Positions 13,600-26,536 of a stretch of 64,000 nucleotides of DNA are shown here, piece by piece. The stretch's first letter is position 1; each line of letters begins with the position of its first letter. The position numbers and the translations under genes were made by a program. The stretch lies in the NCBI GenBank assembly GCA_964016885.1, contig OZ024745.1:67270001-67334000 (forward strand), given 5' to 3'. This DNA comes from Eledone cirrhosa. Lineage: Eukaryota. The notes beneath the pieces were generated by a model. It ran no database searches and had not been told where the DNA came from. It was given only the letters and a program-made list of their open reading frames with translations.

Positions 13600-14378
13600 C
13601 AAATATAAATTAGTGAGAATCGTATTTCGGCTTAGGAATTAACGAAAAACAACCTCCGAGATGTGTGACAAGCGCTCAATGATTCAGATGAACCAGAGCT
13701 ACAACATACGTTAAAGGCCAAACACACTGAGACGATGGTTAAACAATCATCCGCACAGCCAAAAAAAAAAACGACCAAGTAATTCGGGTCAAACAAATAC
13801 AAATATATGTAATTGAAAATTTACCCGGACCCCTGGATGGTTGGTAAAATCAAGCATTTGGGTTTCTGCGACTCTTAAATCAAATACTGTCGGCTTACAT
13901 AAATAATGTTAGGCTTCTGGTAAGATGATTGAACAAGGAAGCCACTTTTTCAACAGGTTTTAGTTCGAGTGCTAATTTAGGGATTGACCGTTACCGACCC
14001 CACGTGGAGCTCGGCAAGGGAGGCAACCCTTATTTTAGGCGAATGAATTCAGTTGTGTATATTATTGCGAGAATGCAAAACATCACAAATCGAATAAAGC
14101 TCTCAACAGAATGGTTATAAGTTAACATAAGCTATTCATCAGTCAATAGAATCAACTTAAAAAAATCAAGAAAATTAACTGGTCAATAGCTAGACTCTGG
14201 AGATGAATACAAATATAAATTAGCGAGAATCGTATTTCGGCTTAGGAATTAACGAAAAACAACCTCCGAGATGTGTGGCAAGCGCTCAATGATTCAGATG
14301 AACCAGAGCTACAACATACGTTAAAGGCCAAACACACTGAGGCGATGGTTAAACAATCATCCGCACAGCCAAGAAAAT
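13596..14378. repeat. TA-flanked element with ~170-bp direct terminal repeats (13596-13765, 14207-14376; period ~610 bp)
   Basis: Near-identical direct repeats read directly; no meaningful ORF. Confidence 0.85.
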
Positions 14379-14775
14379 ATATATATATACTAGGTGTATT
14401 TTGGTTTTAAAAGCAAATTGTAACTACATATGTATATAGTAACTAACGCGATAATTTCCTTGAAAGGTGTGTAATCTGGTTTCAATGCAAAGAATAATTA
14501 AATAGAAAAACTTACTCTGAATGCAAGGAAATAAGTTTTAGTGATAATCATTTTCCCTGTTAATATAAATGAAATAAGTAAGTTGTAATCACTACTACAA
14601 AGAATTTCGAATTCAATTGTTTTTATAACAATACAAATACAGCTTGTTTGTTTCCCTGTTTACTTAAACATAAATACTGTTGTTGTCTCTTTAAGCTGAA
14701 ACCTCTGAATAATAGTGTCGTTGTTTTCAGGTTTACAGCCGTTCCGTCACTGGTTTCATTCATTTCTCTTTCCTT

Positions 14776-14871
<96 letters not shown>

Positions 14872-15078
14872 TATATATACAATCGAAATATATTCACATA
14901 TACTAATACATGCATGACATACAAAGCTTCCGATTATTAAATTCCGCACATGATATATGGCAGCGGGAGACCGTGATAGAAAACATATAACCAATGTGAA
15001 GCTTAATCTGATCGAACCAGGTACAACATAATTATAATGCAAAACACTTTACAAGTACAACAAATTGTTATTATTTTA

Positions 15079-15335
15079 CTAAAGTACCAGTATTGTACTG
15101 AGTAATGGCCTTGTGCCAAAAGTAGAAACAATTATTTTACTATTAATGAGTTCAAATCCCGCCGAGGTTAACTTTGCCTTTCATCCTTATGGGGTCGATA
15201 AAATAAAGTACCAGTAATGCACTGAGATAATTGCTGGCCTTATGCCAAAAGTAGAAACAATAACAATTATTTTACTATTAATGCCGGTGGATTCGCAGTA
15301 CCGGTAGAGTGTCAGACAACATGCTTTGCAGCATA
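15079..15335 (+). mobile_element. Cluster of three truncated SINE S1 fragments
   Basis: Tail only, B-box to tail, and head only; caattattttactattaatg is duplicated between them. Confidence 0.85.
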
Positions 15336-15999
15336 CAAGAAGTTATTGCCTTTATAACTTGTTTATGTGTTACTTGCGTATCGAATTGTTTTTTGATTCT
15401 ATGCTTACTAAAATTAACCAGCGAAGTTCTTTTATAATAACCTTGCTTATGTTTAGCCTGTGTTCAATCTTGAGCACACATAGTTAAGCCTCATGTTTAT
15501 GGAATGGCTGAACTTCTTTGGTAATGTGTCAATTTCTTTCAAAACATTAATATATAGTTTGAGAGAGGTGCTGTTATTTTTAGCTAGTTAAACTACACCT
15601 TCGAGGTTATCTATTTGATTTTATCATTATTTAGAATATTTTGGTGTTATTTTCGATTGTGGACACACCAATGCTAGTTGTTTTCGGATATAAAAACTGT
15701 CGTTCATCAAGTATATTTCTTTCCTTCATTGGGTAATCTTACCTTAGACTGGTCGTTAAAAAATCCAATAATGAATGGTTTATTTTCATGTCCCTATCGG
15801 TATTCTAGTGTTGTAGGTTATAGTATGGATAAATTGTCAATTGCGTGTGTTTCCTGTCGCAACTTGCTGTAGTGAAGTATTGATGCAAAGTATATATTTA
15901 GTATATGAGAACATGGTGGGCGTGAACCAACCGATATGCTGATAGCTAAGCTGTAAGCATTTTTCTGTTGGCTAATTTATATATATAATTTGATATATA

Positions 16000-16072
<73 letters not shown>

Positions 16073-16759
16073 GTGTGCGTGTGTGTATGTGAGCATATAT
16101 ATATATATATATATATATATACATTTAAGTATAAACATATACATATCTGTTTATACGTAAACACACATATTCTATGGTGCAACACAAATATACACAAATT
16201 CGCACACCTTTTGATGTTTATAGATATACACGTGCCGACACGCATACATACACATACGCACACATGTATTGCACATTGATGGGTGCATACATATTTGTAC
16301 ACAAGTATCCCATACGGCAGGGCCTAATGGGTTCCCCTTGCAGTACGTACAACTGGACTCGCACACGCCTTGTTGTTATGACAATACTATACATTATTTC
16401 ACCTCTTTTATTATTGATGTTATTGATGCTCTGTTGAGAGAATCGTTTTTACAAATGACTGAAAATATCGAATAATGTACGCCAGTTTTACCAGTACCAC
16501 AAAAATACTGGTCCATCCACACACACGCGCGCGCGAACACTAACATACATACAGACAGACATACACACACACATACACACACATACACACACACACACAT
16601 ATATACACACACACACTTCTCCGTATAAGACAAGAGCTGAAAAATATGTTTCAACATGTTAAAATAAACACACACACACCCCCACACGCACACGTACACA
16701 CACATTCCTACTGACCGATTAATTACCATTATCACAACAATGAACCACTTTGCGACACA

Positions 16760-17264
16760 CACATACACACACATATTTGTCTTAATAGACACCTGAACTG
16801 TTGACCTCTCAACAAGACTGCAACTCAATCAAGCGGAAAAGGACACTCTTCGACAAACCTACATTTGGCGCGAAACCAGTTCGCGCTAAAATCAATTTAA
16901 ACATTCACGTGACTTCTACCGACCAATCAAAATTGTTTTGACTACAAGAATTTTTGCAACACAAATTGGCGCGAAATGTATAGTGCTTATTCACGTGACA
17001 TTCAACAACCAACCAAATCTTAATAGCTCCCAAGCCACTTTTTTCACATAAAACAGGAAGAATTTCCAAAACTGATCAGATTAGAGCAAAAATCACGAGC
17101 ATTCTATCTCAAAATTATTTTTGAAAAGCATAAGAAATGCGTAACCGGTAAAAACTTAAAACTAAAACTGAATACTAACTAATACTTATTACTAATTTAT
17201 ACTTATTCCTAATTAAACTATTTTTCACTGGGAAACATTTGTCAGCAGTTTCTTTTCCTTTTTA

Positions 17265-17268
<4 letters not shown>
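16760..17268. repeat. Interspersed repeat ending in (TA)n; its last ~190 bp recur at 32016-32205
   Basis: ctatctcaaaattatttttgaaaagcat...cctaattaaactatttttca is shared by both sites. Confidence 0.75.
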
Positions 17269-17302
<34 letters not shown>

Positions 17303-19069
17303 CATATACATTTAAGTATAAACATGCATATGAGGAGGTACAACTATCACCAGGAGCTGTGATGACTCACAGTGGACAATATCCTAAATTACACACTGAA
17401 ACCGTGGACAGGATATCGAAGTAAATTGGTAATTTTTTTTCTTTTTTCTTGCTTACTTTTCCTTCATATAATTATATATATATAATTAAGGTGTCATTCT
17501 GCTTGAATCTTACATCATTTTATTGATTACTTATTGTTATATATATTTCAGTGGTATCTATTTTTTAGACCACTATTGTATAATATTTTGTTCAACGTGT
17601 GATATGTCCCAGGCGGGTTTTGTTGTTGCTCTTCCAACGCCCAGCTGATATGGATTCAGTATAAGACTCTCTAGCTTGCATCATATGGTGGGTTATGTTC
17701 ATTTAATCTTATTGGGTGATTTTAACTCATCTCTTTAATCATTCCATTTTTGGTTAAATGTATATTTGACATTATAAAGTTAATATTTTAGAGATGATGC
17801 GTATTGTAGTATGATGTAGAAAGTTCGAAGTACAGTTAACCAACAGGGTATGTAACAGAAAAATGTCTATGGCTTACTCGTATATGCTCTAACATTGTGG
17901 GCGCAAAATGAAGGCTCAGCCAGCCAAGTTTCAATCCTGTATTGAACTTTCGCCAGTGAGTGATTACTCACTCTAATTTAAAAAAGATCTCACTAAAATC
18001 TATTGATATTTCCTATAGTATGGTATAATATTCAATCAAACGTAAACGCACCAGTAATTTAGTAATTGGACACGACGCCTAATATACATTATACATGCAT
18101 ATCTAATTTGGTTATAAGAAGTATTTCTGTGGATAGCTAAAGAGGATTGTTGTCGACAGAGAAATCCTACATAACACAGGACTAATATTTTAATCCTGAG
18201 AATATTGTGAATGGAGTCAATATGTTTAAATCTTGTTAGTACACATAATGTTTGCTAAAATCTACAGATATATACTCTAATACAGTGCAGCGTTAATATA
18301 TCAATTTTTAAAACATTCTCTGCCACTCAGTTATATATCCAGACCCCAATAAGATTATCAGGATGATTCAAATATCATCACTTTTCATTAGACAATGGAC
18401 AACGGATCGAATCATTATACGGTTGATAAGATTTGAAACTTTATGACGCGTGAACTCTGATATATGTTAGCCATAAATAATTTTTGTTAGAGAGTACGAA
18501 ATAAAAACTGCAAGCCTCTGCGTGATCAAGCGTCCTGCTAGAAATAGCAGCCTAATTTCCTTCAAATCACACTCTAGAGAGTTAAATAAAGGGTATAAGG
18601 TACTTAATAGCTCCTGTCATATATGCAAGTACAGGTTGAATACTTGGAAAACAGATTTGATCAGAGATATGTTCGATCGGGATCAGGGCCAAACCAACAC
18701 CCAACAATAATTTATGGTCTATGTATATACAATACAGGAAGATGAAGGTAAACACATGAATCTAAACAAAGTCTGGAAAAATCAATGTTTTGAGTGTTTA
18801 ACACTCAAAACATTTATACTTGGTAATATTTCGTACAGCTTTATTGGTATCACAAAATATATCAGGAAACTGGGTACGCTAATTGTAAAACCTTTAAAAG
18901 TAAATCATAGTATGTTTTTTAAACAACCTGTGTAAATATGAAGTCTTACGGACGCAGGCCTGATGCATAGAGTGACTTAGACATTTTAAACCTGTCGAAG
19001 CACATTCCACTCCAGTTCGGAACACAATCACTGTTTTCCAGAGAATGAAAGAGAGACAAAAGGGGAATC

Positions 19070-19445
19070 TATCCTAGCACTAGTAATTTATTTATCAACC
19101 TCAATAGGATGAAAAGCAGAATTGACCTTGGAGGGATTTGAACTCAAGGCATGAAATAAATACCAAAGTACGTTTCATCCAATATCCTAACGATTCTGCC
19201 AATTAGCCACTTTGTGTTAGGAAGTGAACGAAACGAGAGCTAAGTGTAGTGGTTATTATTGAGCTAAGTCTTGAGCGGTGGATTGGCAATGTCGGTAGAG
19301 CTTCGAAGAATATGCTTTGTGACATAAAGTTACGGCCCTTTACGTTCTGAGTTCAAATCCCACCGAGGTTAGCTTTGCCTTTCCTCCTTACGGAGTCTAT
19401 AAAATGAAGTACCAGTAAAGCACTGAGGTTGATTTGATCGACTAG
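19070..19445. mobile_element. Two SINE S1-related copies (19070-19215 minus, old; 19275-19445 plus)
   Basis: Similarity to the S1 head and core. Confidence 0.8.
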
Positions 19446-19674
19446 TGTCGGCATATGAACATCTATGCAAAATTTGATAGCTCGATATCGAAATGATTTT
19501 GTACTTTCTTGTCAAAAAATACTTTTTAGGAGAGGTAAAATTAAAGATTCATATAGAATTTGTCACGATTATTACTGATGATCGGAAAACAAAATTATAC
19601 AGTTAAGAATAAATAAATAAAAAAGAAAGTAAAAAACCAAAGGAAAAGGAAGACAAATAAACAAATGAAAACGA

Positions 19675-19745
19675 AATATATAAAGAACATATATAAAGAA
19701 CATATATAAAGAACATATATAAAGAACATATATAAAGAACATAAA
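19675..19745. repeat. 15-bp tandem repeat (atatataaagaacat) x ~4.5
   Basis: Direct reading. Confidence 0.9.
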
Positions 19746-20137
19746 CAGAGGTAGAAAATAATAATAAAATTTAAAAAAAAATGATAGCAATAATACAATG
19801 GAGAGCGGAAACCATGAGAATTATATGATTAGTAAGAACGTTTGAAACGAATATAATAGTATATAATGACAATTTTAAAATATCAATAACTTGAAATAAC
19901 CTAAGTCAAATTTTGTCAATTTCTTTTATTCTTTTTCAATAATAGTTAGAAAATTTATGATCTAATCTTTTTTACCGAGTTTCTTAGTGATCACACTTTG
20001 TAATAGATTTCTGATGTTCAGAAAAATAACTTAAATCATCTTTCAAATATGTGTTTTGTATTTTCATTGATATTTGTTGTTGCCTTTTTAGTTCATCTAC
20101 CCGCACCCAATATTTCTCTCAAGTACCGTACACTGTG

Positions 20138-20296
20138 GGCGGCGAATTAACTGAGTCGTTAGAACGTCGGATAGAATGCTTTGTGGTAGTTGGTCCTACT
20201 CTCTGCTCCCAGAGTTCAAATCACGCAGAGGTCAACTTTGTCTTTCATCCTTTTGAGGTCGATAAAAAAAGTACTAGTCAAGTACTGGGGTCGATT
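20138..20296 (+). mobile_element. Old SINE S1-related copy
   Basis: gagttcaaatcacgcagaggtcaactttgtctttcatcc core. Confidence 0.8.
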
Positions 20297-20888
20297 CTTC
20301 CTCTATATTTCTTTCTCACTTCTTCTGTGTCACTTTCGATCCTTCTCTGGAAGAAATCTACTGTACTCAGGTCTGGAAAGTGTTGGACTCCGCCAGGCTT
20401 AAAATGTTCAAGAAATGCCGTATGCCAATACGGCGTTCCTATGATTCCATCAGAATTTACAGGACCATACCACACCGTACTCTAATATTTATATATTTAT
20501 TTATTTTTCAGCTACTTATTTCCTATATCATAATATAGTTTTCTTTTAAAAGATATTTGTGAATTAGTTAATATGAAATGTAGGTTGCTATAACTCAATT
20601 AAATATCGATCATATCCTTGTACAGTTTTAGTATTTTTTCTTCAACGTAAATATTGCTAGTAAATTTGTTCTATATGAATTGCACCAGTGAAGAAAATAC
20701 GAAAGTGAACGAACCAAGTCTTTTAACATTCATTGAACTCTTTTTTTAATCTAGAGATACTGGTGAGTTAGTTTTCTGCAATTGCGATTTTTTTTCTTGT
20801 TCGTATACGATTCCTCTTCAAACATTTCATTGAACTAAGATTTTTCATTGACATGATGCATTTAGGTTTCTTTTATACGTGTGTATGT

Positions 20889-21060
20889 GGAAGCAGTATG
20901 TCTGAATGGTTAAAAATGTTCACTTTTCAATCATTTGTTCCCGGATTCAATCCCTCTGCGTGGCATTTTCGGCAAGTGTTATTTATTATGACCATGGGTC
21001 GGCACCATATCTGTGAGTGAAACTGGATATACAGAACCTGTTTAGAATTCCGTCGAATGG
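20889..21060 (+). mobile_element. Old tRNA-derived SINE of another family
   Basis: Degenerate A box (tgtctgaatggtta), B box (ggattcaatccc), followed by ggcaagtgtt. Confidence 0.55.
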
Positions 21061-23031
21061 ATTGTATCACAATTGTCACACAATATGTTTCGCTGAATCT
21101 CCCTGATAATTCCCTTATTGGTAAAGGTGCTTGTGGAATGATCAGTCATTTACTCGTTAATTCAGAAATAGATTGTTTAGCTGGTTGAACAACTAAAACA
21201 TTCATCGTCAAAATCAACGTAGATCCTTTCCATTCCAAACATGTGTATGATATTCTGGCCATAACCATCCCCCTTTTCAATGATACTACACCCCGGCATA
21301 CATTATCTAACTTGTTTTTAAAACCCTTAGAGTGTGATGTGATGGGAATTTAGCCACCATATCTAGCCGTTCACGTGATTGTTTTCAGAATTTCACATTG
21401 GTTCTTCGTTGTGTAGCTGTGCCAGATTCACTGTGGGTTATTGTATAATGGAGAATGCTGTTTTGATCAGTTTTGGTTCTTTGCCGAGTTGTACCCATCC
21501 AAGGGTTGCAGGGAACATCACACATAGAAATAACATAGATAACATACATAGAAATTACAGTGTGTTAATACGTTGTTTCCTTAATGAAGAACAAAATTCA
21601 GAGTTTTGATGATGTGTAGAATTGCCGTGTTACTTATTTGTGCTTGTGTCAGCGTTCACCAGGATGGGATGAGGTGGTTCTAATCAGTGAATTCTCTACA
21701 TCGCCCATGAACAGTGACCACAAACATACGATGAGAATATGTTTGTCCAGTCACGATTTTAGCGTTGCACAACATATAAGTGTGAATCTGCTATTAGCAC
21801 AAGATCCGTCTTGATCGTGCCAATCTATAGTTTCAATTGTCCTCCTCGCCATATGCATCATCTTTGTAGGGATCTGATGTGCAACTGCATCACAAATTAG
21901 TATATCTAGTTGGCGATGGATGGTGTGATCAAACCGATGAATGTCGATGTGCCGCACTAATAATGTCGATTTGATGCAGACAATAGTGCTCTAATATGTC
22001 CAGCTTGAGTACGTCAATCGCTTTCATTAACCACATTGCATAGCCAAAAAGGAAGATGGTGCAAACGAGCGCTCGCTAGATGCAGATTTTTGTACACTAT
22101 ATGGAGATCTGATCTATATCAGAGTCCGATTTGAAGATGACAGAATATGCGCGTGCACTACTCATGCAGACATCTATCTCATGTTACCGTTCGCCTATGG
22201 CAGTGAAGGTCTGTTACTTCTATAACAATGAAGGTTATGAATTTAAAGCAAGATATGACAGAAAAAGTAATTGATAAAAGAGCGAATTACTAATGTCGAA
22301 GTAATAAATTAGGTGGTTGATAATAGGAAATATAAGACATTAATATAACAGTGACTGTGCTGAATCTCTTTATCGAAATAACCTTATTAATTATGCTGTG
22401 CTTATAATATTAGATATCCCACTCCCCTCTCATTGAACCTATCGGCTGAATCAGTAAAGTATCCTTTAGGCCAGTATCGTATTGAAAAGACCGGCTACAA
22501 TTCTCAAAAGATTAAGTAGAAAGGATGTTGAAAAATAACAAATCTAGTCTATACTTTACTTTGGTGATTTATGACTGTAGATGTCGTCTCATTATTTACG
22601 AAACTTTTCAGCATGTTTCAAATGGCGTCATGAATTTCTTGTTCTTCCAATATACGCCAAGACTATTTGTAACAGGTTAACTTTGGTTCGACAACCGGCA
22701 ACTTCTCGTAATTGATGCATATCATTATATATTCTGTGCAAGAATACGTTCTGTGATAGACATCTTAAATAACTTATGTTATTGGCCTCTAGTTCATGAC
22801 TAGTGGACTTTAAAGATTTACGCATTTCCTCCGCTTGATGTTTCTGGTCACTATTTTATATGGAATGCAATCACCAGAAGAAAATTCACTATGAATTATA
22901 TAGAGACAATATGCGCATATCTACTCCTATACATAGAAAAATAAATAAGTGAATGTTTTTTTTTTCAAATACACATGTACAAAAATAGAAACGGATAAAT
23001 ATATATATATATATATATATGGGGGGGGGGT

Positions 23032-23311
<280 letters not shown>

Positions 23312-23600
23312 GCGGACAGGCATAATGATTCTCAAAGTCGAATCACCTATACTTTTAAAGGTTCTGGCGTAATACAAGAACCTCTCTGATAGTCATAGAG
23401 TGATGGAAGTACAATAGTTGTCAATGTCAGACAAAAACTTGTGAAACACAAGTTGAAATGGAGGAGTTGGGACTACACGTTTATATGTGTATGTGTGTGT
23501 GACCGAAGATCAAAGGCACACAATGCTGGCGGGAGCATGAGGTATGAATATTTTTATTTTCTTCATCCAAGTTTTCATTGCTAAAAGTTTCATAGACACG

Positions 23601-23654
<54 letters not shown>

Positions 23655-23899
23655 GTAAGTATGCATGTATACGTACATACATATATGTATACAGACGTAC
23701 AGTAGCATGCACATATATATATATATATACATATATACATACATATGCATACAGGTACACATACATATATGCACGTATCAGTTTAGCGGCGCTTATTATA
23801 ACGTCGCTTTGTTCGTTTGTAAACAAACTGAACAGCCTGAATTTATGCCATACGGTGTTAAGGCAACCACGTCACCTTTTTGTTCAACACTGATACAGG

Positions 23900-23944
23900 A
23901 ACGATGTACTAGTTTCAAGCTTGTTAGCTATCATCAGCACCGTT
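23900..23944 (-). ncRNA. Type I hammerhead ribozyme, array copy 1 (identical copies 24364-24408, 24828-24872, 25300-25344)
   Basis: Reverse complement reads aacggtg-CTGATGA-t-agct-aaca-agct-t-GAAA-cta-GTA-catcgtt. Confidence 0.88.
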
Positions 23945-25513
23945 TACCCATCTGCCAGATAGTTGAACGTTCGAAAGTATATACTTTCCTTATGAAAATT
24001 AACGGCTGAGCAGCCTAATTTGCATATTGAGTGAGTTAAATCGGTCAGGCATACCGAAAACGATAAATTGAAACAAAATGAAAACGAAATTTCATTTATC
24101 ACTCTTAGTATGGCACTTACTTAAATGTAAGTATGCATGTATACGTACATACATATATGTATACAGACGTACAGTAGCATGCACATATATATATATATAT
24201 ACATACATATGCATACAGGTACACATACATATATGCACGTATCAGTTTAGCGGCGCTTATTATAACGTCGCTTTGTTCGTTTGTAAACAAACTGAACAGC
24301 CTGAATTTATGCCATACGGTGTTAAGGCAACCACGTCACCTTTTTGTTCAACACTGACACAGGAACGATGTACTAGTTTCAAGCTTGTTAGCTATCATCA
24401 GCACCGTTTACCCATCTGCCAGATAGTTGAACGTTCGAAAGTATATACTTTCCTTATGAAAATTAACGGCTGAGCAGCCTAATTTGCATATTGAGTGAGT
24501 TAAATCGGTCAGGCATACCGAAAACGATAAATTGAAACAAAATGAAAACGAAATTTCATTTATCACTCTTAGTATGGCACTTACTTAAATGTAAGTATGC
24601 ATGTATACGTACATACATATATGTATACAGACGTACAGTAGCATGCACATATATATATATATATACATACATATGCATACAGGTACACATACATATATGC
24701 ACGTATCAGTTTAGCGGCGCTTATTATAACGTCGCTTTGTTCGTTTGTAAACAAACTGAACAGCCTGAATTTATGCCATACGGTGTTAAGGCAACCACGT
24801 CACCTTTTTGTTCAACACTGACACAGGAACGATGTACTAGTTTCAAGCTTGTTAGCTATCATCAGCACCGTTTACCCATCTGCCAGATAGTTGAACGTTC
24901 GAAAGTATATACTTTCCTTATGAAAATTAACGGCTGAGCAGCCTAATTTGCATATTGAGTGAGTTAAATCGGTCAGGCATACCGAAAACGATAAATTGAA
25001 ACAAAATGAAAACGAAATTTCATTTATCACTCTTAGTATGGCACTTACTTAAATGTAAGTATGCATGTATACGTACATACATATATGTATACAGACGTAC
25101 AGTAGCATGCACATATATATATATATATACATATATACATACATATGCATACAGGTACACATACATATATGCACGTATCAGTTTAGCGGCGCTTATTATA
25201 ACGTCGCTTTGTTCGTTTGTAAACAAACTGAACAGCCTGAATTTATGCCATACGGTGTTAAGGCAACCACGTCACCTTTTTGTTCAACACTGACACAGGA
25301 ACGATGTACTAGTTTCAAGCTTGTTAGCTATCATCAGCACCGTTTACCCATCTGCCAGATAGTTGAAATTTCGTTTTCATTTTGTTTCAATTTATCGTTT
25401 TCGGTATGCCTGACCGATTTAACTCACTCAATATGCAAATTAGGCTGCTCAGCCGTTAATTTTCATAAGGAAAGTATATACTTTCGAACGTTCAACTATC
25501 TGGCAGATGGGTA

Positions 25514-25558
25514 AACGGTGCTGATGTTAGCTAACAAGCTTGAAACTAGTACATCGTT
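25514..25558 (+). ncRNA. Array hammerhead copy with core mutation A9 to U (CTGATGT), likely impaired
   Basis: Single substitution at 25527 relative to the other five copies. Confidence 0.75.
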
Positions 25559-25985
25559 CCTGTGTCAGTGTTGAACAAAAAGGTGACGTGGTTGCCTTAA
25601 CACCGTATGGCATAAATTCAGGCTGTTCAGTTTGTTTACAAACGAACAAAGCGACGTTATAATAAGCGCCGCTAAACTGATACGTGCATATATGTATGTG
25701 TACCTGTATGCATATGTATGTATATATGTATATATATATATATATGTGCATGCTACTGTACGTCTGTATACATATATGTATGTACGTATACATGCATACT
25801 TACATTTAAGTAAGTGCCATACTAAGAGTGATAAATGAAATTTCGTTTTCATTTTGTTTCAATTTATCGTTTTCGGTATGCCTGACCGATTTAACTCACT
25901 CAATATGCAAATTAGGCTGCTCAGCCGTTAATTTTCATAAGGAAAGTATATACTTTCGAACGTTCAACTATCTGGCAGATGGGTA

Positions 25986-26030
25986 AACGGTGCTGATGAT
26001 AGCTAACAAGCTTGAAACTAGTACATCGTT
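25986..26030 (+). ncRNA. Type I hammerhead ribozyme, intact; predicted cleavage after 26023 (GUA)
   Basis: 7-bp stem I (one G-U), canonical core, 4-bp stem II, palindromic stem III ACUAGU. Confidence 0.88.
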
Positions 26031-26333
26031 CCTGTGTCAGTGTTGAACAAAAAGGTGACGTGGTTGCCTTAACACCGTATGGCATAAATTCAGGCTGTTC
26101 AGTTTGTTTACAAACGAACAAAGCGACGTTATAATAAGCGCCGCTAAACTGATACGTGCATATATGTATGTGTACCTGTATGCATATGTATGTATATATG
26201 TACATATATATATATATGTGCATGCTACTGTACGTCTGTATACATATATGTATGTACGTATACATGCATACTTACATTTAAGTAAGTGCCATACTAAGAG
26301 TGATAAATGAAATTTCGTTTTCATTTTGTTTCA

Positions 26334-26397
<64 letters not shown>

Positions 26398-26454
26398 GAC
26401 GTAAAATAAGAAAATTTTAAAAATTAAAAATCAACTTAATTACTAAAATTTTCA

Positions 26455-26536
26455 CTCCAACTAATTAGTTTCTGTAAGGGGATAAATATAGTTACATAAT
26501 ATAACTATAGAGAATTCCTTACGTCATCAGACAGTC
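26455..26536 (-). ncRNA. Hammerhead-like motif with extended stem II in a TA-flanked element (~26393-26870)
   Basis: CTGATGA-c-gtaagg...tatagtta-tattatg-taactata...ccttac-a-GAAA-ctaatta-GTT; palindromic stem III; stem I poorly paired. Confidence 0.6.

Larger units (their letters stand above)
23651..26338. mobile_element. Retrozyme-like concatemer: 464/472-bp non-coding unit, ~3.7 copies (hammerhead on -) joined to ~2.1 inverted copies (hammerhead on +), (TA)n on both sides
   Basis: Unit starts at 23651, 24123, 24587, 25051. Inversion junction at 25364-25367. One hammerhead per unit. Copies are nearly identical. Confidence 0.85.

Noticed and set aside
19572-19592. Isolated CTGATGA motifs (also 31239, 53154, 63309)
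   Set aside because: No stem II plus GAAA plus UH arrangement.
18100-22860. Possible host exons or LINE/Gypsy remnants in more complex sequence (also 49090-50700, 53220-53560, 54380-54660)
   Set aside because: Only faint motif hints, many stops and no convincing splice-bounded ORF; cannot be assigned without a database search.
24001-24065. Second hammerhead on the opposite strand of the array unit (ctgagca-gcct..aggc-atacc-gaaa)
   Set aside because: Core is CTGAGCA (no G8), stem II is offset from GAAA, and stems I and III do not form.
23665-26324. Repeated 95-149 aa ORFs in the tandem array
   Set aside because: They start in or run through microsatellite, change frame with the 8-bp indel and show no domain; the conserved feature is the ribozyme.
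23651-26338. CRISPR-like array
   Set aside because: Whole units repeat with no unique spacers, there are no cas genes, and the context is eukaryotic.
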